Assembly (NCBI GenBank): GCA_016220035.1
Contig: JACRIO010000284.1
Span: 31,423-95,422 of the forward strand
DNA from: Planctomycetota bacterium
GTDB taxonomy: Bacteria > Planctomycetota > UBA1135 > GCA-002686595
Length of the DNA stretch: 64,000 nt
Direction: 5' to 3'
Shown: positions 27,997 to 36,785 of the stretch, in pieces
Position numbering within the stretch: the first letter of the stretch is position 1
How the letters are laid out: each line of letters opens with the position of its first letter
Position numbers and translations under genes: made by a program
The notes under the pieces: model-generated
Database searches by the model: none
What the model was told of the DNA's origin: nothing
Seen by the model: the letters and a program-made list of their open reading frames with translations, nothing else

Positions 27997-28863
27997 TCAG
28001 GTCGCCTTCGCCGCCTTCAGGCGCTTGGCGAACTCCTCGGCAGTCTTGCAACGCTCGCGCTTGTCCGCCATCAGGCCGCTCGCGATGGCGGCCTCGAGCT
28101 CCTTCGACACGTCCACCTTCGGCGCGCGCGCCTTCATCGGCGGCGGCGTCTTCTGGAGCTTCTCCTGGAACACGTCGAGGAAGCTCTTTCCCTTCCACGG
28201 CAGGACGCCCGTGACGAGCTCGTACAAGACCGTCGCCACGTTGTAGACATCGGACTGCACGTCGGGCGACTCGCCGCCGAACTGCTCGATCGGTGCGTAG
28301 AACGGCGTCCCGATGAGCGCGGTCTTGTCGCCCAGGTGCTTCGCGCTCCACAGGCCCGGCGTGATGCCGCCGTCCACGAGCACGACCTTCGTCTTCTTCG
28401 CGTCGTCGACGTGGATCGTGTGCGGCTTGATGTCGCCGTGGACGAGCTCTTGAGCGTGGATCGCGACGAGCCCCGCGCAGAGCTGCACACCGATGTCGAT
28501 CACGTCGTCGGCCTCCAGCGCTTTCGTTCCGCGCCACTGCTTGAGCGACGCCTTGGGCGGGAGCTCGGTCACGAGCAGGATCGTGCCGTCGTCGAGCGCG
28601 TGCACCTCGCGCGCGCGCGCTACGTGCGACGATTCGACCTCCATCCAGCTCATCATCGAGCGCGCGAACTCCGCCGCCTGCTTCTTGTTCTCGAAGAGCG
28701 CTGCGGGGAAAAGCTGTAGCTCGCACGAGCCCTTGCCCTTCGTGTCCGCAGCCTCGAAGGCGGTCGACATGCCGCCGTGCCGATTCGCTCCAGAGATCTT
28801 GTAGCGGTCGAGGAGGACCTTGCCAGGAGCGAGATCGAAGAGGGAGATCGACTTGGTGTGCAT
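27997..28863 (-). CDS. Ser/Thr protein kinase-like protein with degenerate catalytic motifs (possible pseudokinase)
   Basis: ATG at 28863. Kinase fold markers LVHGDIKPHTIHV (HRD -> HGD), VLVDGGIT (DFG -> DGG), GTPFYAPIEQ, DVYNVATVLYELVTG. No clear GxGxxG loop or VAIK lysine (..CELQLFP..). Confidence 0.65.
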   Translation of the reverse strand: MHTKSISLFDLAPGKVLLDRYKISGANRHGGMSTAFEAADTKGKGSCELQLFPAALFENKKQAAEFARSMMSWMEVESSHVARAREVHALDDGTILLVTELPPKASLKQWRGTKALEADDVIDIGVQLCAGLVAIHAQELVHGDIKPHTIHVDDAKKTKVVLVDGGITPGLWSAKHLGDKTALIGTPFYAPIEQFGGESPDVQSDVYNVATVLYELVTGVLPWKGKSFLDVFQEKLQKTPPPMKARAPKVDVSKELEAAIASGLMADKRERCKTAEEFAKRLKAAKAT

Positions 28864-29023
28864 GGGGAGGGCGCCGGGGAACGTGCCGAGGAGGACCGGA
28901 CGCGTACCTATATCACGCTCCACCGCCCCGCGACACCGACGGGAGCGTGGAGCACCTTCGATCGCTGCACGGACGCGCGCGCGAGCTCGACGAGCGACTC
29001 CGCTCCCGCCCCTGAACCCAACC

Positions 29024-29575
29024 TCACTCCTCGGCTTCGTAGGGCAGCGTTTCCGCGGTGAGATGCGGCAGCACGTCCTCACGGAGGAAGCTCGACTGCT
29101 CGAGCCCGAGCAAGAACGCGGCGAAGCCCGACTCGCCCGTGCTCGAGAGCGCCGCGACGCGTTCGATCGCGGGCACGAGGTGCCCGCCGGACCTGTGCGC
29201 TCGATGCCAGATCACGCCGAGCGCGAGGTAGGTGTCGCGCGCATCGAAGCCGTTGTCCTCGAGCGACAGCGCCGAGAGGGCGTTCTCGAAATCGTCCGCG
29301 CCGCGGCGCTCCGCGTGACCGCGTGCCCACTCGCCCGCGACCCACAAGAGCCACATCTGCGCGTCGATCTTCCCGCGCAAGCACGAGCGCATGCGCGCGC
29401 GCTCGGCCTCGTCGGCGACGCGGTAGGCTGCGACGAGCGCGGCGAGGACGGGTTGCACTTCGTCCAACGGCGGGTACTCGCCCTCGGAGTGCCGCATGCG
29501 TGCGCGGCGAGCACGTTCGGCAAGCGCGGCGAGGCGCAGTTCGAGTTCGGCGACGGTGCTCGGAGGGCTGGTCAT
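29024..29575 (-). CDS. hypothetical protein
   Basis: Internal ATG at 29575 (MTSPPSTVAELELRLAALAERA...) with protein-like composition. The upstream part of track ORF 29024..29851 is Arg/Ser-rich shadow. No family recognised. Confidence 0.45.
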   Translation of the reverse strand: MTSPPSTVAELELRLAALAERARRARMRHSEGEYPPLDEVQPVLAALVAAYRVADEAERARMRSCLRGKIDAQMWLLWVAGEWARGHAERRGADDFENALSALSLEDNGFDARDTYLALGVIWHRAHRSGGHLVPAIERVAALSSTGESGFAAFLLGLEQSSFLREDVLPHLTAETLPYEAEE

Positions 29576-29639
29576 GCGCCTTCCCACTCTGGAGTGCGGC
29601 GCGAGGACGCCCGCGGACGCTCGATCACGTCGTATGCCA

Positions 29640-30833
29640 TCAATAGGCCGCCGACTTCGACAGATGATCGCGCCAACGCTTCTTCTCGCGCAGTTCGCCG
29701 AGCATCGTCGCGAACTCGTCGAGCTCGTCCTCGCGCGTGTAGAAGTGCGGAGAGACGCGTAGACCCGCGCCCGGCCGATGGTCGACGAGCACGCCGCGCG
29801 CTTCGAGCGCCTTGACGAACGCCGGACCATTCTCGTCCTCGCGCAATGCAATCGTCAGCGTGCCGCCGCGCCGCGCGACGTCGCGCGGGCTGTGGATGCG
29901 GAAGCCGCGCGCCTCGACGTTCGCGAGCAGGCCCTCCGTGAGCCGTACGGAATGCTCGCGAATGTTCTTCACGCCGGCTTCGAGCACGACCTCGTACCCA
30001 GCGGTCGCCGCGACGAAGCTCGACACCGCCGGCGAACCGTGGAGCATGCGACGGATGCCGTCGGCGTAGCGCTGCGGCCCCGTCTCGAACGCGAACGGCG
30101 CGGCGTGCGCGGCCCAGCCGGTGATCCGCGGTTCGAGCTTCTCGATCAACCCCGGTCGAACGTAGAGGTAGCCCGCGCCCGGCCCGCCGCAGAGCCATTT
30201 CACGGAGCCGCCGCAGACCATGTCGACGCCGAGCGCCTGCACGTCGACCGGGACGGTGCCGAGCGACTGGTACGTGTCCATCATCACGAGCGCGCCGACC
30301 TCCCGCGCGCGCTTGCAGATCGCGGCCGCGTCCTGCACGAAGTGGCTCTTGTAGCTGACGTGGCTGATCGGGACGATCAACGTCGTCTCGTCGATCGCAT
30401 CGAGGATGCGCGCCGTGTCGCAGACGACCCCGTCGGTCGGGATGCACTCGATGCGCGCGCCGTGCCTCGCGAAGCCCTCCCACACGTACATGTTCGTGGG
30501 GAACTCCTGATCGGTGTAGACGACCTTGTTGCGCTTGCCCGAGAAGTCGAGCGCGCTGCCGACGAGCGCCTGGATCACCGACACGTTCTGGTGCATGACC
30601 ACGGTGTCCGGCGGAGCGTTCATCAAGCGCCCGACGACGTTGCCGACGTCGACCGGCGCGCTCCACCACCCTTCCGCCCACGAGCGCACGCCGCGCGTCG
30701 CCCACTGGTCCGCGAAGGCCTTCAACTTGTCGTACACGGCCGCCGGCATCGCGCCGAGGCTGTGGTTCACGAGGTAGGTCGTGTTCGCGAGGATCGGAAA
30801 GCGCGAACGCCAGCGGTCGGGGTCGTGGGTCAT
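29640..30833 (-). CDS. kynU: kynureninase-like PLP-dependent hydrolase (aminotransferase class V fold)
   Basis: ...WRSRFPILANTTYLVNHSLGAMPAAVYDKLKAFADQWATRGVRSWAEGWW... and ...CGGSVKWLCGGPGAGYLYV... (PLP-lysine region) match the kynureninase family pattern. Confidence 0.75.
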   Translation of the reverse strand: MTHDPDRWRSRFPILANTTYLVNHSLGAMPAAVYDKLKAFADQWATRGVRSWAEGWWSAPVDVGNVVGRLMNAPPDTVVMHQNVSVIQALVGSALDFSGKRNKVVYTDQEFPTNMYVWEGFARHGARIECIPTDGVVCDTARILDAIDETTLIVPISHVSYKSHFVQDAAAICKRAREVGALVMMDTYQSLGTVPVDVQALGVDMVCGGSVKWLCGGPGAGYLYVRPGLIEKLEPRITGWAAHAAPFAFETGPQRYADGIRRMLHGSPAVSSFVAATAGYEVVLEAGVKNIREHSVRLTEGLLANVEARGFRIHSPRDVARRGGTLTIALREDENGPAFVKALEARGVLVDHRPGAGLRVSPHFYTREDELDEFATMLGELREKKRWRDHLSKSAAY

Positions 30834-30916
30834 GGATGGGTGGTGAGGATACGCATGAACGCGCGGCGCCTCCTTTGTGAACTACGGCGAATGTGCCCGG
30901 CTGGATGGGCGCGAAC

Positions 30917-31618
30917 TCACCGCCCCGCCATCACCGCCACCTCGCTCGGCAGCTCGACACCCAACGTCGCGCCGGACGGCAAGTGCAGGTGGCAGCGCTC
31001 CATCAATGGCTTCAGCTCGGCCAGGTACTCGCGCACCGAATCGGCGCAACGCTTCGAGCGCAGGCCGAGCTGTACGACGCGCGTGTCGCCGGGGGTCGAT
31101 GGGCGGCCCAGCGAGAGGAGCGTGATCGACAGCCAGCGGTTGAACATCTGTTGCGCGGCGGGGCGGTTGGTCGTCTCGCTGCAGAACTCGGCGAGCAGGC
31201 TCTCGGCGCGCTCGGTGAACGTCCGGTCGGCGTCGTAGATCGAGCGCGCGATCGCGGCGAACTCGCGGCACTGCGAACCGAGGTAGCCCGCCGTCGCGAT
31301 GCGTTCCGCGCGGTCGCACAGGGCGAGACACACCGCGAGCTCGAGCCGCGTCGTCGGGTACGGGATGCGCTCCATGTGCGGTCGCACCGCGAGCGAGAGT
31401 TGCGTGCCGCCGAGGCTCGTGTACAGCGCTTCGACGCCCTGGAGGATGCGCAGCGAATGCTCGAGGTCCTGCGCGAGCAGGAGCTTCTCCTCCATCTCCG
31501 GCACGAGCTTCAGCCCGTGACCGCGGATGTTCGCGGCCATGAGCTGGCGATAGGCCTGCCGCTCCACGATCTTGCGCAGGAGATTGCGCGACTCTTCGTC
31601 GAGAACCAGCGTGTCCAT
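30917..31618 (-). CDS. helical ferritin-like protein (PaaC/PaaA-family-like, tentative)
   Basis: 233 aa. ...AYRQLMAANIRGHGLKLVPEMEEKLLLAQDLEHSLRILQG... resembles the PaaA/PaaC (PF05138-type) helix pair as I remember it. Canonical ExxH di-iron motifs are not evident (DLEH only). CCGGAGG lies 9 nt upstream of the ATG. Confidence 0.35.
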   Translation of the reverse strand: MDTLVLDEESRNLLRKIVERQAYRQLMAANIRGHGLKLVPEMEEKLLLAQDLEHSLRILQGVEALYTSLGGTQLSLAVRPHMERIPYPTTRLELAVCLALCDRAERIATAGYLGSQCREFAAIARSIYDADRTFTERAESLLAEFCSETTNRPAAQQMFNRWLSITLLSLGRPSTPGDTRVVQLGLRSKRCADSVREYLAELKPLMERCHLHLPSGATLGVELPSEVAVMAGR

Positions 31619-31771
31619 GCAGCGCCTCCGGGGATCAGGGGTTGGCGAAGTTTGCCGTGAGCACGTCGCGCGCGAGCGAACACGTCGGGTCCGAACGCTT
31701 CGGCCGTGCGGCGGCGCTCTTCGTGACCGAGTTCGATCGGGTGCAGGTGCTCATGGGAAAGCGTTTCGGGT

Positions 31772-32122
31772 TCAGGCACGAGCGGGCGGCTCGAGGCCGG
31801 TGAGCTTCTCGGGCGGGATCACGAGCCGCTCGACCGGCTTCCCGCCCACGATGTGCTGCTCGATGATCTCGTCGACGTCGGCGGGCGTGACGTGTCCGTA
31901 CCACACCTGCTCGGGGTAGACGACGACCGCGACGCCCTGCGCGCACTGATCGAGACAGCCCGCCTTGTTCGGCCGCACGATGCGCTTGAAGCCGCGCTCG
32001 AAGAGCTTCGTCTTGAACGCCTCGGCCACCGCGGCGGCGCCGCGCGCGGCGCAGCAGCCCTTCGGGTCGCCGGGCTGGCGCTCGTTGACGCAGATGAAGA
32101 CGTGTCGTTGGAACTTGGCCAT
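31772..32122 (-). CDS. thioredoxin-like [2Fe-2S] ferredoxin
   Basis: MAKFQRHVFICVNERQPGDPKGCCAARGA...KAGCLDQCAQGVAVVVYPEQVWYGHVTPADVDEII has the four-Cys pattern and layout of thioredoxin-like 2Fe-2S ferredoxins. Confidence 0.85.
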   Translation of the reverse strand: MAKFQRHVFICVNERQPGDPKGCCAARGAAAVAEAFKTKLFERGFKRIVRPNKAGCLDQCAQGVAVVVYPEQVWYGHVTPADVDEIIEQHIVGGKPVERLVIPPEKLTGLEPPARA

Positions 32123-32129
32123 GGGCGGG

Positions 32130-33296
32130 TCAACCGCGGGGAGGTTCGAGCAGCTCCTTCGCGAGCACGAGCTTCTGGATCTCGCTCGTGCCCTCGTAGA
32201 TGCGCAGCGCTCGTACGTCGCGGTAGAGCCGCTCGACGATCACGCCGCGCTTCACGCCGAGGCCTCCGAAGTGCTGGACCGCGCGGTCGCACACGAAGCC
32301 GGCGTTCTCGGTGGCAAAGAGCTTCGCGCGCGCGACCTCCGCTGCGGCTTTGGAGCCATTGTCCACGGCCTCCGCGGCTTCCGCAACGAGGAGCTGGCTC
32401 GCACGGAGGCGCACGTCCATGTCCGCGATGTCGAAACGCAGCGCCTGGAACGTGGAAAGGGGCTTGCCGAATTGCTTCCGTGCGGTCAGCCGCGCCTTCG
32501 ACTCGTCGAGCGCGCGCCGCGCGAAACCGTTCGCGGCCGCGGCGACGGAGGTCCGGAAGCGCGCGAGCGTCGCGAGCGCGAGCTCGAGCCCCTTCCCATC
32601 CACGCCGAGCAGGTTCTCCGCGGGCACCTCGACGTCGCTGAAGCGCACTTCGCCGATCGGGTGCGGCGCCATGACCTCGAAGCGCTCGATCGCGAGCCCG
32701 CGCGCGCTCGCCGGCACGAAGAGCATCGAAAGCGAGTCGCCGCCGTCGCCGGGCGCTCCCGACGTCCGCGCGAGCACCGTGTAGAACTCCGCGAGGCCCG
32801 CGTTCGAGATGAACGTCTTCGAGCCGTTGATGCGCCACCCGCGCGCGGTCTTCTCGGCGCGCGTCGCGACGTCGGCGAGCGACGAACCCGCGTCGGGCTC
32901 GGTCAACGCGAAAGCCGCCATGCGGCGACCGCGCGCGACGCTCGGCAGGTACTCCTTGCGCAGCGCCGCGTTCCCGCCGCGCGCGAGCGGGTACGAGCCG
33001 AGCCCCTGCATCACGAACATGACGTCGAGCATCCCCGAGTGCCAGGCGAGCTCGTCCCGCAGAGTGCAGAGCGCACGCACGCTGACCGTGTCCGGCGCGC
33101 ACAATCCGCGCGCGTCCGCGCCGCCGTCCTTCCCGGGCACCGTCCACGCGAGCAGGTTCGCCTCGGCGAGCAGCGCGAGCGCCTTGCGCGCGGCGTCGTC
33201 CTCGGAGAGCCCCTCGACGCGCGGTGCTGCGTCGCGTCCGAACGCGCGCGCGCGCTCGCGCAGATCGGCGAGCAACGCCTCCTGCTCGGCGTTCAC
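32130..33296 (-). CDS. acyl-CoA dehydrogenase
   Basis: GTG at 33296 overlaps the upstream stop (GTGA). ...AAFALTEPDAGSSLADV...GSKTFISNAG...RKQFGKPL..FQALRFDIADM...YEGTSEIQKLVLAKELL. Confidence 0.88.
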   Translation of the reverse strand: MNAEQEALLADLRERARAFGRDAAPRVEGLSEDDAARKALALLAEANLLAWTVPGKDGGADARGLCAPDTVSVRALCTLRDELAWHSGMLDVMFVMQGLGSYPLARGGNAALRKEYLPSVARGRRMAAFALTEPDAGSSLADVATRAEKTARGWRINGSKTFISNAGLAEFYTVLARTSGAPGDGGDSLSMLFVPASARGLAIERFEVMAPHPIGEVRFSDVEVPAENLLGVDGKGLELALATLARFRTSVAAAANGFARRALDESKARLTARKQFGKPLSTFQALRFDIADMDVRLRASQLLVAEAAEAVDNGSKAAAEVARAKLFATENAGFVCDRAVQHFGGLGVKRGVIVERLYRDVRALRIYEGTSEIQKLVLAKELLEPPRG

Positions 33297-34129
33297 GCGC
33301 GCGCCCCCGGCTGCTTCGCGGCGCCGTGCCCGGGCCAGTGCTTCACGAAGTCGGCCTTGCGCTTTTCCTTCCACGCGACGTACGACTCGCGGTAGTCGGG
33401 GTGCGCCATGCACTCGGCCTGCACCCAGCCCTCGGCCTGCATCGCTTCGGCGAGCGTCATCGACGCCTCGGAGTTCAACATGCGCTTCGTCATCGCGAGG
33501 CCCATGCTCGGGCCCGCGGCGAGGCGCTGCGCGAGTTCCGCGGTCTTCGCCGCGAGCTCCGCATCGGGCACGACGTGGTTGTAGAGCCCGATCTCCTGCG
33601 CGCGCTGCGCGGAGATGAAATCGCCGAGCATGAGGAGTTCGCTCGCGTGCCCAAGACCCACGATGCGCGGCAGGAGCCACGCGGCGCCCATGTCCGCTCC
33701 GCAGAGCCCGACCTTGGTGAAGAGGAACGCGATCTTCGCGCTCTCCGCCGCGACGCGCACGTCGGCCGCGGCCGCGATCACGGCACCCGCGCCGCACGTC
33801 GTGCCGTTGAGCGACGCGACCACGGGCTTCTCGAGCAGCCGCATGTTCTCGATCAGGCGGCACGTGAGCCGCGTGAACGCGTGCACCTCGGCCTCGGTCT
33901 TGCCGAAGAGCGCGCCGATGATGTCCTCGACGTCGCCGCCGGAGCAGAACGCGCGCCCGGTGCCCGTGATCACGACCGCGCGCGCCGCATCGCGCGTGCG
34001 CAGCGCGGCGAAGGTGTCGGCGAGCTCCCTGTAGGAATCGAAGGTGAGCGCATTGAGGCGCTCGGGCCGGTCGAGCCGCAACGTGGCGACGCCGTCGTGC
34101 TCCGAATAGCGGAAGTGCTTCGTGTTCAT
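33293..34129 (-). CDS. enoyl-CoA hydratase/isomerase (crotonase) family protein
   Basis: ATG at 34129. ...VATLRLDRPERLNALT...VVITGTGRAFCSGGDV...ASLNGTTCGAGAVIAAAADVRVA...F..VGL..ADMGA. Confidence 0.88.
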   Translation of the reverse strand: MNTKHFRYSEHDGVATLRLDRPERLNALTFDSYRELADTFAALRTRDAARAVVITGTGRAFCSGGDVEDIIGALFGKTEAEVHAFTRLTCRLIENMRLLEKPVVASLNGTTCGAGAVIAAAADVRVAAESAKIAFLFTKVGLCGADMGAAWLLPRIVGLGHASELLMLGDFISAQRAQEIGLYNHVVPDAELAAKTAELAQRLAAGPSMGLAMTKRMLNSEASMTLAEAMQAEGWVQAECMAHPDYRESYVAWKEKRKADFVKHWPGHGAAKQPGARA

Positions 34130-34420
34130 GCGGTGCGTGCACCCGCGAAGGCGAGCGCGCGGAGAGCATAACGAAGCGCCCCCGCGCGCCGCCCCTCGAC
34201 GAGCGCCGTGTGGAGGTCCGGACCCGGGCGAGCGGCGGACTTCGTCCGAGCCCGGGGTCCGTTGGGAGCTTTCTTCCGGAAAGGGCCGCTCCGGCGGGGC
34301 CTCCATCAAGAGGAAGGGAACGCGATCCGGCCGGCGTGCGTCGGATCGGGCATGCTTCCTCGGTACGCCTCCCGGCCCGCCTTCCGCGCTCGTGCGCAGG
34401 CCGGGGTCGCGACGATCCGC

Positions 34421-36571
34421 ATGCGCACCGCCGTGTATTTCGCCTTGTCGTGGGTCGCTGCCGCGCCGGAGGCGCTCGCGCAGCAGGCTCGATCGGTCGA
34501 GCTCCCCTTCGCACCGCGCGCTCCGCACGCACGTGTGCTCGCGCGCGCGCGCGGCGAAGCACACATCGAGGTCTCCGTCAGCCTGCGCGTGCCGCGGGAG
34601 CGCGAGCTCGCGGCCTTCGCGGACTCCGTCAGCGATCCGAGCTCGCCGAACTACCGCCGCTTCCTCTCCCCCGCCGAGATCGGCGCGCGCTTCGGTCCTT
34701 CCGAACGTGACGTCGAGCCCGTCCTGCGCCACCTCGCCGAGCACGGTCTCGCGATCGAGCATGTCGCCGCGAACCGCTTCACGGTCCTCGCCTCCGGCGC
34801 CGCGAGCGACGTCGAGCGCGCGTTCGGCACCGAGTTCGCCGAGTTCGAGCTCGCGCCGAGCGACGCCGAGCGCGTGAACGCTCCGACGCACTTCCGCGCT
34901 CCGACGCGCGCTCCGCGTCTCCCCGCGCACGTCGCCGCGTGCATCGCCGACCTGAGCGGCCTCGACGGCGCCGCGCGGCCGAAACCGCTCGCCACGCTGC
35001 TCACGCCGTCGCTCGTGCGCGGCTTGTACGGCACGCGCGGATTGTGGGACGGCGGCGCGCAGGGCGCGGGCCGCACGATCGGCATCGCCAGCTTCGCCGG
35101 GTTCCGCCTCGCGGACGCGCAGTTGTACCTCACCCACTTCGCGCTCCCCGTTCCGCCCGGCGGCGCGCTCTCGAACGTCGCCGTCGTCCCGTGCGCGGGC
35201 GGAGGGGCCGGCGCGGGCCCTTCGATCGTCGAAGGCAACCTCGACCTCCAGATGGTGCTCGGGATCGCGCCGCTCGCGAACGTGCGCATCTACGACAGCC
35301 CGCCGAGCCAGGACTTGATCGCGGTGTTGACGCAGATCGCGAGCGACGATCAGTGCGACCTCGTCACCGAGAGTTGGACCTGGAATCTCCCCGCGAGCAC
35401 CATTGCCGCCGCGCACACGCTGCACCAGGCGCTCACCGCGCAGGGCATCACGTTCCTCGCCGCGAGCGGCGACACCGGGACGATCCACAATCCGTTCGGC
35501 TACCCGCAGTTCGATCCCGAGGTGCTCGTCGTCGGCGGCACGATCGCGAACGCGCTCCCGCCCAGTGGTTTGCGCTTCACCGAGGTCGGCTGGAGCGGGA
35601 GCGGCGGCGGGTGGAGCAACAACACCGCCGCGTTCAACGTGCGCCCGAGCTGGCAAGTCGGCAACGGCGTGCCGCCGATCACGCCCGCGACCGATCGAAG
35701 GCTCATGCCCGACGTCGCGTTCCACGCATCGGGCACCGGCCTGGGCGCGTATCCGTTCTTCAACGGCGGAGCGCTCCTGCAGACCCTCAACGGGACGAGC
35801 TTCGCGTCGCCGATGGTCGCGGCGTCGTTCGCGCTCGTCGAAGAGGAGCTGATCACGCGCGGCGCGCTCGCGCCCGACGCGCAGGGACGTCGACGGCTCG
35901 GGCGCGTGCAGGACCTGATCTACGCGCAGAACGGCCGGCCCGATCTGTGGTTCGACGTGGTGACCGGGAGCAACGGCACGCTGCCGACCGGCGTGGCATC
36001 GACGTGCACGCCCGGCTGGGACACGGTGACGGGTTGGGGCGCGGTCGACTTCGAGCGCTTCACCGCGATCCTCGCGTGCGCGCCCGGCGGCGGGTGCGGC
36101 GGATCGATCCGCTCCTTCTGCGCGGGCGACGACACGCTCACGTCGTGCCCGTGCGACAACGTCGGCGCGCCGGGTCACGGGTGCGCGAGCTCGACCTTCG
36201 CGAACGGAGCGATCTTGGCGGCGAGCGGCAGCGCGGTGATGGCGATCGACGACGTCGTGCTCGACGCGAGCGACCTGACCGGTCGGAGCGCGCTCTTCCT
36301 GCAAGCGAACACGCAGACCTTCGCGCTCGGCGCGGGCGACGGGCTCGGCTGCCTCGGAAGCTCCGCCCTCCGCCTCGCGGTGAAACCGATCGGCGGCGGA
36401 ACCGCGCTCTACCCCGAACCCGGCGATCTCCCATTGCACTCGCGCGGCACGGTGCCGCCGCTCGGCGGGACGCTCTACTACCAAGTCGTCTATCGCAACG
36501 CCGACGCGAGCTTCTGCACGAGCGCCACGTCGAACCGCACGAACGGCCTCGTGATCACCTGGTCGCCATAG
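34421..36571 (+). CDS. secreted S53 (sedolisin/kumamolisin-like) serine peptidase with Cys-rich C-terminal domain
   Basis: ATG at 34421 (MRTAVYFALSWVAAAPEALAQ). Pro-kumamolisin-type activation domain (...PNYRRFLSPAEIGARFGPSERDVEPVLRHLAEHGL...). Catalytic region with ASGDTG and LNGTSFASPMV. The last ~151 aa (FCAGDDTLTSCPCDNVGAPGHGC...YYQVVYRNADASFC..SN) are homologous to the C-terminus of 7564..9429. Confidence 0.8.
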   Translation: MRTAVYFALSWVAAAPEALAQQARSVELPFAPRAPHARVLARARGEAHIEVSVSLRVPRERELAAFADSVSDPSSPNYRRFLSPAEIGARFGPSERDVEPVLRHLAEHGLAIEHVAANRFTVLASGAASDVERAFGTEFAEFELAPSDAERVNAPTHFRAPTRAPRLPAHVAACIADLSGLDGAARPKPLATLLTPSLVRGLYGTRGLWDGGAQGAGRTIGIASFAGFRLADAQLYLTHFALPVPPGGALSNVAVVPCAGGGAGAGPSIVEGNLDLQMVLGIAPLANVRIYDSPPSQDLIAVLTQIASDDQCDLVTESWTWNLPASTIAAAHTLHQALTAQGITFLAASGDTGTIHNPFGYPQFDPEVLVVGGTIANALPPSGLRFTEVGWSGSGGGWSNNTAAFNVRPSWQVGNGVPPITPATDRRLMPDVAFHASGTGLGAYPFFNGGALLQTLNGTSFASPMVAASFALVEEELITRGALAPDAQGRRRLGRVQDLIYAQNGRPDLWFDVVTGSNGTLPTGVASTCTPGWDTVTGWGAVDFERFTAILACAPGGGCGGSIRSFCAGDDTLTSCPCDNVGAPGHGCASSTFANGAILAASGSAVMAIDDVVLDASDLTGRSALFLQANTQTFALGAGDGLGCLGSSALRLAVKPIGGGTALYPEPGDLPLHSRGTVPPLGGTLYYQVVYRNADASFCTSATSNRTNGLVITWSP

Positions 36572-36785
36572 CGACCCGGGTTTGTGCTCGCGCCGCGGCA
36601 CGGCGTCGGCCGAGAATCACGCCATGCTCCTCACCCCGGCACTCCTCGCCCTCCTCGCCGTGCAAGTCCAAGACAGGCCCGCCTCCAAGGTCCCGTCCTG
36701 ACCCGTGTGACCCGGCGAAGGCCGTTCCGTCCGTGGGACGGCGCAAGAGGAACTGAAGGACCGTTGGACGTTCGCGACGCGCGTC

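Noticed and set aside
33293-36601. 1102-aa and 810-aa minus-strand ORFs (33293..36601, 32130..34562) taken at face value
   Set aside because: Only the C-terminal 278 aa (crotonase) and 388 aa (acyl-CoA dehydrogenase) are protein-like. The long N-terminal extensions are Arg-rich and overlap the S53 peptidase gene or the neighbouring gene. Internal ATG 34129 and GTG 33296 were used instead.
36699-36710. Selenocysteine recoding of the two in-frame TGA codons
   Set aside because: I saw no SECIS-like hairpin immediately downstream, there are no Sec-machinery genes in the window, and the TGAs lie in a duplicated 9-mer. Nonsense disruption is more economical. It is kept only as a low-interest finding.
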